DNA of 63,997 bases, counting the filler, from Nemertoderma westbladi (lineage: Eukaryota; Animalia; Xenacoelomorpha): assembly GCA_032718475.1 (NCBI GenBank). It is 3 parts of 3 records of this genome, joined end to end, with 100 filler letters (N's around TTAATTAATTAA, not from the genome) between each part and the next. Parts side by side here need not be neighbours in the genome. Positions count along the whole stretch, not along the records: positions 1 to 31,725 come from JAUCBJ010005990.1; 2 more parts are not named here. The stretch is one strand, 5' to 3'. Of this stretch, positions 13,247-25,103 are shown piece by piece. The position numbers and the translations under genes are program-made. Within the stretch, counting starts at the first letter, position 1, and each line of letters starts with the position of its first letter. The notes beneath the pieces were generated by a model. It saw nothing but the letters and a program-made list of their open reading frames with translations, was not told the DNA's origin and ran no database searches.

Positions 13247-13679
13247 GGCGCAATACAGATGAGTGATAAGGTTAGGATGGTTTATTCAATTCGATAATGG
13301 CCTACTTCTCGCAGAATTCTAAGTTATAGCCTAATTTTTACTACTTAATTTATAAAACTAACAAATTGTACTCTAAATTGTAATTTTGTCCGTTACTTTA
13401 ATTATGTTCCAGAATTTTCTTACTACTGTTACCATAATTTGTCTAATTTCTAATTTCTTTATTTTATTTTAATTTAATCATACTATTGTGCTACTACTTC
13501 TGCCAATGGATTATTCTACTTTATAATCTACATTCTGGCCTACTCTTTGGGCTTGTGCAGTACAACAGTATACGTCGCGTGGCCTATACGATTTATCCAG
13601 CTGTACTCATATGCCCCCCTCTCACTGCTCACTACTAACTAATATCTACATTATACATACCCTTCTACCATTAGCTCTT

Positions 13680-14560
13680 GCTAGCCGGTACTATGTACCC
13701 TCTTACTAACTTCTAACTAACTTCTACTAGCCGGTACTACGTACCCTCTAACCTCTAACTCCACTAACTCTTACTAACCGGTACTATGTACCCTCTTACT
13801 AACCTCTGACTCCACTAACTCTTACTAACTGGTACTACGTACCCTCTTACTAACCTCTAACTCTCTCTAACTAACTAACGGTACTACATACCCTCTTACT
13901 AACCTCTAACTCTCTCTAACTAACCAACGGTACTATGTACCCTCTTACTAACCTTGAACTCTCTCTAACTAACTAACGGTACTACGTACCCTCTAACTAC
14001 TAACCTCTAACTCTCTCTAACTAACTAACGGTACTACGTACCCTCTTACTACTAACTCTTACTCTCTCTCAACTAATGGTACTACATACCCTCTTACTAC
14101 TAACTCTTACTAACTAACGGTACTACGTACCCTCTAACCTCTAACTCTACTAACTCTTACTAACTGGTACTATGTACCCTCTTACTAACCTCTGACTCCA
14201 CTAACTCTTACTAACCGGTACTACGTACCCTCTTACTAACCTCTAACTCTCTCTAACTAAATAAAGGTACTACGTACCCTCTTACTAACCTCTAACTCTC
14301 TCTAACTAACTAACTAACTAACTAACTAACGGTACTACGTACCCTCTTACTAACCTCTAACTCTCTCTAACTAACTAACGGTACTATGTACCCTCTAACT
14401 ACTAACCTCTAACTCTCTCTAACTAACTAACGGTACTACGTACCCTCTTACTACTAACTCTTACTCTCTCTCAACTAACGGTACTACGTACCCTCTTACT
14501 ACTAACTCTTACTAACTAACTAACGGTACTATGTACCTTCTAACTACTAACTAACTAACT
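13680..14560. repeat. Irregular ~50-60 bp minisatellite (GGTACTACGTACCCTCTTACTAACCTCTAACTCTCTCTAACTAACTAAC) between ORF1 and ORF2 of the LTR element
   Basis: Visible tandem array. Confidence 0.92.
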
Positions 14561-14743
14561 TCCATCTGCCTACTTACTCTTTCTTTATTTATTTATTATT
14601 TTTTTTATTTTATGTGTGGGAAGGGCGTCTCGCCCTCAATCCCACCCCCCACAGTCCAAAACTTGGACGACTAAAAGCTACTCGTCTAAGGTGCTTCCTC
14701 TAGTAGGTAATACTCCTACCGCACCTCTACGGATCCAACTCTT

Positions 14744-16170
14744 TTATCTTCGTCCCCCTTTAGTCCAACTTATTGGACGACTCAGCGACCTAAGGGGTGA
14801 TTCTTCCAGCAGGCAACTCTCCCACTGCCCCCCTGTAGGTCCTCTAACTCTTCGCCCCACTCTCCTTGTCAATTCCAACTCTCTTGGAATTGACCTTCCC
14901 TTCTCTCCTGTCCTTAAATTTGGAAAGTGCTGCCTTCTCTCTGTGTCTCTGATCTCCTCGTGGTCGTCCCTTGGCGGCAGAGTGCCACCCTTCAACTTGT
15001 CGTTCGGCGGTATAATGCCGCCCCTGATGTCATCCTTAATCTTAGATGCAACCTCTGCTGGCCTCCCCCTTAATATGTGCGCTGGCATTAAAGGCCTCGA
15101 CGACCCCCGTTCGTCCTTCGGTATACACGATGTCTGCCCATGTAATGCCCCCTCGCATTCTGTCAGTCCCGCGTGCATATGCAACACGCCTCCTTCTACT
15201 TTCCTGGCTCCTTTATTATGTTTACTCATGGGCTTCTCTGCCCCTGGTCTAATCCTCTCACATCTTCTCCCTTTCCATCTTGTCTTCTTACTCGGCCTCT
15301 CCCTCTTCAGTATGCCTCTCAACTGGACCGGCGTCTCTTCCGGACACTCCTCTGGACACTCCTCCGGACACTCCTCCGGACATCTCGCTGTCCACTCCTC
15401 TCCATCACCATACCAATACTTGTCAGGAACGTCCTTGTTCCATCCCATCGCTTCTAGGTCTTCTGCATCCAAGCCATTCTCCTCCGCCCACTCTCTTGGT
15501 GTTGCTTCCACTTCTAGCTGTCTCCCCCTATCGCCCGTCTCTAATTTCTCTTCTACCTCCTCAACAGTCCCTGCCACCATGCACCCTGAACTCTCAGACA
15601 CATGGAATGGTATATTGGTTTTGATTGGGCCAGTTAGCGTCCACCCGAATGGTGTTAAAATCGCCACCGGGTCACACTGCTTGTCTTCGCCGAAGACCGT
15701 CTGCATTCTCCCGTGGGCCGTCGGGCAGTCCATTCCTACTATAATGGATACCTTCCTAACATCCACCTCTGGGATTGAGAAGTCGATACTGTCCAGGAAT
15801 TTATATTGTTCGACCTCGATGTTGGTTGGTCGCCTGGTGTTGATATTTATCGACTCTATCACCTGGACGGGGTCGATGGTCGCCCCGTAGTCGCATCCTG
15901 GTGCTATCGCTGCTATTCCGCACCGTCCAGTCCTCATCTCCAGTACCTCATCTTTGCTGGAGATGGTTGTTACCGCCATTCTACTTGGCCTCGTTCTCAA
16001 TCCTATCTCTTCGGCCACCCAATCCTCAACCAAGGTGAAGGCTGCACCACTGTCGACCAGCATCAGTGTGGTTACTGATCAATTGCCTTCCCCGTTTATC
16101 CTTACTGGTACTACCCCTAATAGTACCGTTCCTCTCTTCTTCGCCACTATGGTGCTTGTTGCCATCGTCT
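14744..16170 (-). pseudogene. BEL/Pao-type aspartic protease followed by a vestigial integrase C-terminal segment
   Basis: VLLGVVPVRING..*..TLMLVDSGAAFTLV, VSIIVGMD, PVAILTPFGWTLTGP (BEL protease). LTECEGALHG...RPLMPAHILRGRP resembles BEL integrase-end L.EvE..lN.RPL...LTPaHfL.GrP. Confidence 0.8.
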
Positions 16171-16471
16171 GACCTTTACTTTGACCGAACTTAATTGGCG
16201 TTTCTTTGCATTGGTTGGCTCTATGACCACTCATCACACATCGCGAGCTCGTGCTCGTCGATTGCTCGTCGATCGCACGCCGCTGGGGATACTCGTAATC
16301 CCCCTACTATTCTCCATCGCCGGGTGCTGCGGTTCACCTAATTCGCCCCGCGCATTATCCGCCGACGCCTGTGGGACACTCTTTGCCCCCCTCCTCTCGC
16401 CGCTAATCTCTCATTGTGGGGCTCCTGTAGCCCCCCCCCCACTCGCCACCTATTACTCCACTATCTCTCAC

Positions 16472-18527
16472 TTAACTTCTACACCCCTCTCTAGTCGACA
16501 CACTAACCCTACTGCGGCTGGATCTATTCACCCCCGCCTCTCCCTCTACTACTGTGTGGCCTACCAGGCCCGCCACTTCCTGCCTACTAACTACGTGGCC
16601 TACCAGGCCCTCATTGGGTTGACTTATCCGCGCAACCTCCTGCCTACTAACTACGTGGCCTACCAGGCCCTCCTCGGGTTGACTCAACCCCGCCACTTCC
16701 TGCCTACTGACTACGTGGCCTACCAGGCCCTCCTCGGGTTGACTCAACCCCGCCACTTCCTGCCTACTGACTACATGGCCTACCAGGCTCTCACCTGCCG
16801 GGCCGTCTGCGCCTGCCGCGTTTATATTAATAGCACCATTACCAGTATTACCTGTTAAATCAATTAAATCCTCCAAATCAATTAAATTATTTTGCACGCC
16901 TAAATTAGAAACGGGATTATTTTGTTCGTTCGAAATAGGATTATTTGAATTATTTTGTAAATTCAGATTTAGATTATTTGAATTAGGATTATTCGGATTA
17001 TTTAAATTAGTATTATTATTCGAATTATTTGTATTTAAATTTAAATTACTACTACTAGGTAAAATATTTCCTGCAATAAAGGTTTGGTTAGAATTATCCA
17101 ATACGGTACTATTAATATTAACGTTATCTACTGTATTATTATTATTACCCCCCCCCCCCGCCCGTACTGTCACACCAGTCCTGGGTCTGTCGTTCGGTCC
17201 CTGTAAGTGGGGCATTAATAAACGTTTCCCTAACTCCCGGCTCCCCGCAAATACTCGAGCCAGCCTCGCTCTCTGACAGCCCCATCTGCACCAGTTCCAG
17301 TCGGTGCTTCTGTTTGGCTTGATATTGAATAAGCCCCTTTAGGCGGGCATGCAAATCATCCCGCACACGCTTCCCCGTTGCCTCTCTCTCCATATCCTCC
17401 CGCGCACTCTGATCGGCTAATTCCGCCTCTCTCGCAACCCTCTTGAGTCGTCTCGCCTCGCGCTCTCTTCGCTCACCTTCCGCCCTCGCCTCGCGCTCTT
17501 TACATTCATTCCGCTCTCTCGCCTCACTCGCCGCCTCGCGCTCTTCTTGCTCCTTCCTTTCTATCCTCCCTATTTCCTAGCACTCCTTAAAGCTTCTCGC
17601 GACCTTCTCGGCCCTCTCTCTGTTCTCTCTAACCAGTTCTTTCTCCTTCTCTAATAACGCACTCCCTTCCTCTAACTGTCTCTCTAATTCTCTCTGGTCT
17701 AGCGCCGCCAGATCGAGCTGACACGCCAGATTTATTTCCATCACCCGTCTTTCTTTTGCGGAGGATGTAGCAGACTTATCGGTTGCGACGGATTCCCGTC
17801 GCCCCTCCGTCCTACTGACTTTCCCCTGCCTCCCGGAATTTTCTCCGACCGACGAGACCGAATCCTCGGGGTTAACCTCGGATTCGCTCTCCTGCGGTCT
17901 CCTCCAACCCACTAATTTGATTCCCCGGGCATCGACTAAGTATGGCCCTATGTACACTACGCTAGGTTCCATACCCCTACATTCCCACAGTTCAAACAGT
18001 TCGGTGGCAACCCCTCTCGCTCTCTCATCGGCTAGTTATCCCTGCCCAAAGCGCACTAAGTAATCAAAATGTTTGTTCGACTCACCTAGCCGCTTCTCTA
18101 GCTTCACCTGGTCTATCTTGGCCCCTTCTTTGGCTTCTCTTAGCTGCTTCCGGGTCGCGGCGTAGGCTCATCGGAGCCGGTCGCTGACCCCGACGTTTCC
18201 TTTATCCCTCCGTGTCCGGCGTCGTACCGGTGGCCCCACCGCCGCCGTTCCGGTGGGCCGTCCATCGCCCTCGGCCTGTGGCTGGCCGGCGACATCGGCA
18301 CGTCGACCGCCGCTGTGTGTCGACTCGTCTCTCTCCCCCCTCGACTCGTCTCTCCCTTCTCTCGACTCGCTCCCTCGTTGTAAACGGCCCCCCTCCATTT
18401 GGATTGCTGGATCGCCTTTGGTCGACGAATCCGGAGTCGTGGGTCGGTACCGTTGCGTCGCGGCCTCGCGGATCATTAGGTCGCCATCCGGGATCCGCGG
18501 CGGTGTCGTCTCTCTTTCTCGACTCAT
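16472..18527 (-). pseudogene. Gag-position ORF1 N-terminal region: charged coiled-coil, Asn-rich tract and 20-aa repeats, with several premature stops
   Basis: ORFs 18168..18527, 17577..17972 and 17145..17393 are one frame interrupted by stops, then frameshift into 16472..17215. ATG lies 77 nt after the 5' LTR. Confidence 0.65.
16555..16791. repeat. 60-bp coding tandem repeat (GLVGHVVSRQEVAGLSQPEE), about 4 copies
   Basis: TACCAGGC recurs at 16601, 16661, 16721 and 16781. Confidence 0.9.
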
Positions 18528-18604
18528 GGTTGGCTGACTGTCGGTTAGAGTTTGGGTTAGAGTTCTTATTACTATCGTATCGGGCAGCTGCTGGTTCTTA
18601 TTAC

Positions 18605-19183
18605 TGTGACGGGATCCACCGAGGATCCTGGTTTATCTGGTTATCTGATTTACGCGTTCCCCGCCGTGTGTGTATGAAAAAGAGTTCTGGGTTGTTGAGA
18701 GTTATTCTGACTTTGTTGTAAACGATATGTATAAAATGTAGAATATAAGATAAAGTATAAGCACAATTGATAATAAGTGAATGTACCAGTAAAAGCTGAA
18801 TTATGGACGACGGCAGTGAACGGTAATAAAAGTTCCCGTTCTGCCCTAACTAAAACTGACTAACCAAGTGAATGAATTGGCACAACAAATGGTAATATAT
18901 ATTGCACTGGTAGGCCGCATTACATTACTCAGTGGATGCCTCCCCCCCATTGGCTAATAACTCACTTCTCGCCCTCCCATCTCTCTGGGAGTGCTTCCCC
19001 CCGCTACTGTCACTCTCTCCCTCCTGGAGGTGTAACATCTAACCCCCGCTGTGTGTGTTCCTTTGGGGTTTGTCGCCCCTTTTTATTGGGGTGACACGAG
19101 GTTGATTGGTAATCAAACTCGTGCTCCCAATATTGCTTAAAGCCAACTTTGTGGGGTGGCTAGCGGAATTGAATACGCTAACA
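18605..19183 (-). repeat. 5' LTR (579 bp)
   Basis: Direct repeat of 9461-10038. Confidence 0.96.
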
Positions 19184-20193
19184 AATCAGAGCGCATGGAG
19201 GCGCATCATCCGGCATTTATTTATGTTAATTTAAAAGGGAAGTACAAAATAAAATCAAATAGCAGAAGTATATAAAATAGCACTGTTAGTAAAATAATTG
19301 ATATGACATTTGAGAATAATTAAAACAGACTGCTACTACTAAGCCATTCATAATAAAAGAATAAAATCAGGATCATCTAAAAGAGCTATGCTCATAAGTT
19401 CAGGTAAAATTACTGATTGTATTCGGTTCATTAAAGACTCACTAATTACTAGTTATAGTCGACCAAGCTTTTTTGAGCTGTTTTTCAAGCTCTTTTTTGA
19501 GTTTTTTTTCAAGCTTTATTCTATATTTTAGGTTTTTGGAGCATTTACAACAGTTTCTGATCGATTTCCTTCTTAACTTTTGTGAGAAAGGTACTCGTTT
19601 AGCGTCTACAATGGTGTCGGTGTAGTGTGGACGTTGCGTCGGCGCAATGTCGGCGTGTCACCGTTGAATCCGTGACATATCGGCAGAATGTCGGCGTGAT
19701 TTCGGCACAGTGTCTGCATGTTCCATGTGTCTGCAAGTGATATCGGTGTAGTTGTCGCCGTGTTGTTGGTAATAGTTTTATAAGTCCTATTTTTATAATA
19801 ACTTTCATTTTCACGGTATAGGCTACCGGTGGTCTGGGATGTCAGAATCTAACTGAAATGGATTTCTCTTTTATAGTTGTCATTTTTAATTTTGAACATT
19901 GAATTTGTTCAAGACTGTACTAAGGGTCGGTTTTACTCAAAATAAAACGTATATGTTTCAATTTTTTCTATAATATATATCATTACAGGATGACTTAGAC
20001 AACAGAAAATATCGCAAAAATAGCAAAAATAAATAGCATAAATTTATTTATAAATTTGCGATTTCTCAAAAATAATGAAGCCTGGCAATATCGTGTTTAA
20101 TTAAAAAAAAAATGTAATGGGTTGGTGTTATTAAGTGAAGGTGATATGTAAATCATGATGTTTTAATGATTTACAGTTGTGTTTGATATGTAT

Positions 20194-21606
20194 TAGGGCA
20201 GTGCGTTTTTTACTTTTTTTAGATTTCGTTGTTCTACCGGTGCGCAAAAGTTGCCAAATGGTAAAAAATTAAGGCAAAAAAAATTTCTCTAAATTTCATC
20301 GATATCGTCACGGATCCCAAGGGGGTTGAAATTTTGAGCCTTCGCGATGCACCACAATTAAATTTATAACAATATAACACATTAATGAAAGATCAATGAC
20401 CCAAGAAAGAACTTCCTGCATGCATCAAATGTCATTAAATGGGTCCAAACTTAGTTTGATACCAAAATTTTAATTTTTGGATCAAGGGAACTAGTGCCAC
20501 AGGCACATGGACAGAACCTACCATCTGGCGAAAGTGATGATAATTCTCAATTTTCGCGATGGTCAACTTTGAATTATCCTACTGCATTAATATTATGCTC
20601 ATTAGAACTGCAATGTCCGATTTAGTGGGGGTAGACAACTTCAAAACAATCGTAGAGCAAATAGTTCTTGAGATATCGCAGAAAATGTGAAGTCCGGCAC
20701 AAGTCTACATTACCGCCTTGATGCGATATGGACAAATCCTCAAATAATTTTATTTTGAATTATCTCAAGGAACCAAGAATAGACACATCACAGAAATGAT
20801 CGATGGAGTGGGTGTAGACACCTTTAAAATAAGAGTAGAGTCATTAGCTCTTGAGTTATTTTACAAAATGTCAAGACTATATCCACCAATTAATACTTGA
20901 TATTCAGTTGACCCATTCCACACATTTTGTACAAAAACTATAGTCAACTAATAACTACTCTTTAATTTGGAAGGTGTCTGTATACACTAAATCAATTTGT
21001 TGCAGTGATGTGTCTATTCTTGATTCCTTGAGATAATTCAAAATAAAATTTTTTGAGGATTTTTCCATATCGCATCAAGGCGGTAGTGTAAACTTGTACT
21101 GGACTTCACATTTTCTGCGATATCTCAAGAACTATTCGCTCTACGTTTGTTTTGAAGGTGTCTACCCCCACTAAATCGGCCATTGCGGTTCTAATGAGCT
21201 TAATATTAATGCAGTAGGAAAATTCAAAGTTGGCCATCGCGAAAATTTAGAAATATCATCACTATGTGCCAAATGGTAGGTTCTGTCCATGTGCCTGTGG
21301 CATTAGTTATCTTGATCCAAAAATTAAAATTTTGGTTTCTAACTAAGTTTGGACTCATTTGATGACATTTGATGCATGCAGGAAGTTCTTTTTTGAGTCA
21401 TTGATCTTTCATTAATAATGTGTAATATTGCTATAAATTTCATTATGGCGCATCACGATGGCTCAAAATTTCAACCCTCTTGGGATCCGTGAAGATATAG
21501 ACGAAATTTAATGAAATTTTTTTTGCCTTATTTTTTTACCATTTGGCAACTTTTGTGCACCGGTAGAACAATGAAATCGAAAAAAAGTAAAAAACGCACC
21601 ACCCTA
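20194..21606. mobile_element. 1.4 kb almost fully palindromic non-autonomous DNA transposon (hAT-like termini)
   Basis: TAGGG...CCCTA ends, ~680-bp inverted arms around a ~50-bp spacer, 8-bp TSD ATATGTAT (20186-20193 and 21607-21614). Confidence 0.9.
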
Positions 21607-21871
21607 ATATGTATGCGTTCACTAATCCCCTGCTCACAAATGCGCATTCAACATTCAATATTCAACTTTTAAATAACTACGTCACACTTCACATATAAAC
21701 ATTTCACTTTCTGCTCATAAAAAAATATTTGTTATATTGCAAAACAAAAATAAAATTTAAAATAAAATGTTTAATAATAAAATATTTAAAATATAAATGG
21801 TTGAGCAATATTCACTTGGTAAATAGTCGATAAATATACAGACATGCACTACTTTATGCATCTGGTAACGC

Positions 21872-22445
21872 CAGAGGCGGAGTTTCGTTTTTTTGCGCCC
21901 CTGGGCGAGTCCCATTTTGAGCGGCCCCCCTCCCCCCCACCCCCCCCCCAAAAAAAAAATAATAATAAATACAAACTATAACACAAAAAAATTATGGAAA
22001 GTGAGTATATTTACAGAACATGATTATATTTATTACAAAATTAAATAGGCCAAATTAGAAAAAAACTTTACGAGATTTGATTGAAGAAAATTCGGTAATT
22101 AATAAATATAATTCTAAGTTATCTAATGTTTCGGACTCTATACTAAGCAGGGCTAGTTCAGACAAACGTTTCTCTAACATAGTAGTTCATAAGTAATTTA
22201 ATATTAATTTAAGTTTGCTGAAAGAGCCCATACCAATTACAACAGATATTAGGCCGGCCTGCTTGCAGTACGTCTTGTCTTCCTAGGTTTGAAGGGCCAT
22301 AATGTAACCACCACTACTAAAGATTAAATTTCTACATTTTGCTTAGTCCCAATTTCCTCTCCTAAATATTTCTAAATTTTGCGCCCCCCTGAAGTGGCGC
22401 CCCTGGGCAGTCGCCCCCTCCTGCCCCACCCTAGCGGCGCCTCTG
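21872..22445 (-). mobile_element. hAT deletion derivative (MITE) with a transposase dimerisation-domain remnant
   Basis: TIR CAGAGGCG, 8-bp TSD GGTAACGC/GGAAACGC. Minus-strand FSKLKLILNYL*TTMLEKRLSELALLSIE at about 22135-22225. Confidence 0.85.
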
Positions 22446-23130
22446 GGAAACGCAGCATTAGTTGAAAGCTGCCATATCTAGAATCAAATTAACAATCGTC
22501 ATTGGACTAGAATAATTCGAACGGACATTTAATAATAATAATAGACAGTAAATTAGAGGCATACATATTGTAGTAAATATTCTGAAGACACTAATTCTAA
22601 ATGTTCTACTGTAGTTCTGAAAAATATTTTTATGTCTGCCATTAGTGACACTATGGAATAGATAATGTAGTTAGTTATGCATGGGTGGTAGTAATGTAGG
22701 GTAACATTTTATATAAAGGCACGATAAAAGAGGAAAGAATATTTCAAAACATCAAAACCTTAACAGTAATAATTTCATTAACATTATATCTCAGCTATAT
22801 GTAAAGGTCGTAAGTTATTCTAGTTCAATTCGTAATACAGGCACGCACTACTTTACGTATATGTTAACACAGCAAAGCATTACACATACGCAACTTTCAA
22901 TTAAGAAATTAAAGTTGCATGTTGAATGAAAATTGTCCGTGAACGTCTCCATAGGCACAATGTGTTTTTTAGTTGAAAGTTGAACGTTGAAAGATTATGT
23001 GTAAACCCGGGCCTAACTTACTTTATATTACTGTTTTAAATGAAGTGAGTAGGCATGTATGTAGTCTGTGGGACTGTACGGCAAAATATTAGGAATAATC
23101 GTTTAATTTTTGCGGATCACCAGTTAAAGA

Positions 23131-23272
23131 GCTCCCGGCACACTCCAATGGAGTGTGCCGGGAGTGACTCCAATGGAGTGTGCCGGGGGTGACTCCAATG
23201 GAGTGTGCCGGGGGCGACTCCAATGGAGTGTGCCGGGGGTGACTCCAATGGAGTGTGCCGGGGGTGACTCCA
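23131..23272. repeat. 25-bp tandem repeat (GACTCCAATGGAGTGTGCCGGGGGT), about 5 copies, starting in a perfect hairpin
   Basis: Visible. CTCCCGGCACACTCCA-A-TGGAGTGTGCCGGGAG palindrome at the start. Confidence 0.9.
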
Positions 23273-23650
23273 TCCTGCCATTTTGATTATCTGTACGAAA
23301 TGGCGGTGAAACTGCTTTGATTGCAATTCACTTTGATTAATTAATAATGACATTACTTTGATCTGTCGCAGTTGATTTAATTCAATTATATTATATTAAT
23401 GCGGCTTATTTAGACAAAGGGAACATTGATATAATCCATTATTACTTACTATACTATCCTATAATTGGTTGGGTCAATTGTAGGATGCATCATGGCGGTA
23501 TTTAATAGTAATATAAATAATATTAATGCGGTGTATGGTGGTTTTTATTATCTTTGTAAACAACTATTAATATAATATATACTTCACTTACCTATTTTAG
23601 ACATATTTCTGGAATAAACTGGCTTTAGAAATTGAAATGTAGCTGCACTA

Positions 23651-24850
23651 ATAATTAACATACTTGTGTGCAAAGTAACAGTTTACAGTGTGATGATCCG
23701 AGTGCTTTGTTGCACGAACGAAAGTAGCGAGTGATTAAAATTAAGCCACGAGGATCAGAACACTGCAACTAGTATGTATGTAGTTTTATTCCAAAATTTT
23801 AACATTACGAAATGATTGTACATATACATTATAAGTGATAGAAACTTCACAAATTATATTAGTTGCTGTATAAATAAATGTAAAAATGACTATATAAATA
23901 ATAATACACCAATGCAATACTAAATGTACAGGCCAATACTACTAATAACCAAAATTGTAACATTACTCAACGCCGTTAGTATTAACAGCGAGATGTTATT
24001 TAGCTCTTTACAACTTTAGAGGACATTACAGCATTGTATTGGCCTGTACATTTAGTATTGTATTTGGTGTTATTGTTTACGTGGTAACCATTGACGGCGT
24101 TAAATAACACTTGGTGTAGAGGTTGCATTGAATTCACATCTCCTGTAGGTCGTGGGTTCGATCCTTACATGGGCCAGGGCAGTTTTCGTTTCGGCACGAA
24201 TGCTTTAAAGGGACCAGCCAGGGCGTATCTCTGCCTTGCATCCTTAAGTGGTAGCTAAATGAGTACTGGAGTTTCCTCTGGGGAGTAAAGTTCTGGGGGG
24301 ACCGCACTGGAAATAAGTCGTCAGACTTTGTGCGTAATCCCTGGCCTAGCGGCCGAAGAAAATTTACTTTACTTTACTTTACACTAAGGGGACATTACTT
24401 AACGCCGTCATTGTATACCACGTAAACAATAGGTAGAAATTTGCCTGACAGGCCTGATAGGCCTACTGCATTACCTACCGGTAGACGGGGTATAGCTATT
24501 AATAACCAGTAGGGCCTAGCTATATTATTATAATATGGCTCCAAACGCTACCATAAATATAAGCTAACTTATTTATAACATAATTGATGTCATTGTTACA
24601 TTTATTTATACAGCAACTAATATAATTTGTGCAGTTTCTATCACTTATAATGTATTTATTTGTACAATCATTTCGTAATGTTAAAATTTTGGAATAAAAC
24701 TACATACATACTTGTTGCAAAGTACTTTACAGTGTTCTGATCCTCGTGGCTTTATTTTCATTCACTCACTAACATTCGTTCGTGTAACAAAGCCACTCGG
24801 ATCATCTCACTGTAAAGTGCTACTTTACACACAAGTATGTAAATAGTTAT
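23651..24850. mobile_element. MITE-like element with ~240-bp inverted arms and nested inner inverted repeats
   Basis: 23651-23885 is the reverse complement of about 24595-24850 (CATACTTGTGTG...CCACGAGGATCAGAACACTG). Confidence 0.8.
24108..24382 (+). mobile_element. tRNA-derived SINE with a Deu/Nin-like central domain and (TTTAC)n tail
   Basis: B box GGTTCGATCC at about 24155, GCCTTGCATCCTT...AAATGAGTAC core, TTTAC repeats at the 3' end. Confidence 0.7.
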
Positions 24851-25103
24851 TACTCCATGAGATTGTAGAACTTTCTAAAGTAGTAAGACTTCGGAAAATG
24901 TGGACCCACACGATTATATTGTAGCATGTGAGTCCGACAAAGTCGGATTTATGTCAAAAATGACACACTGGCCTTTCTAGTGCAGCAGCAGCAGAAACTG
25001 TTCCCGTTTAGCCAGTCTGTCCACAGTATGTGAATGGGGAGTGCAAAGTGGATCGCAGTCACAGAATGAGTCAAGTCTCAAAAATATACTAACCTATACT
25101 ATA

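Larger units (their letters stand above)
9461..19183 (-). mobile_element. Full-length non-autonomous BEL/Pao-type LTR retrotransposon carrying an exonuclease/zinc-knuckle ORF
   Basis: Paired LTRs TGT...ACA, 5-bp TSD AATCA (9456-9460 and 19184-19188), polypurine tract, BEL-type protease. No RT or RNase H motifs seen. Confidence 0.93.

Noticed and set aside
14616-15890. 424-aa plus-strand ORF, and likewise 10989..11903 and 16181..16858
   Set aside because: Antisense shadows of purine-rich coding sequence on the minus strand; no motifs.
18032-18085. Apparent GTGAGT...AG mini-intron in LTR ORF1
   Set aside because: The frame reads through without splicing; the single stop is more simply a point mutation.
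24108-24180. Possible tRNA gene (also at about 58200-58270 and 39140-39175)
   Set aside because: No complete cloverleaf; followed by SINE body and tail or embedded in a MITE.
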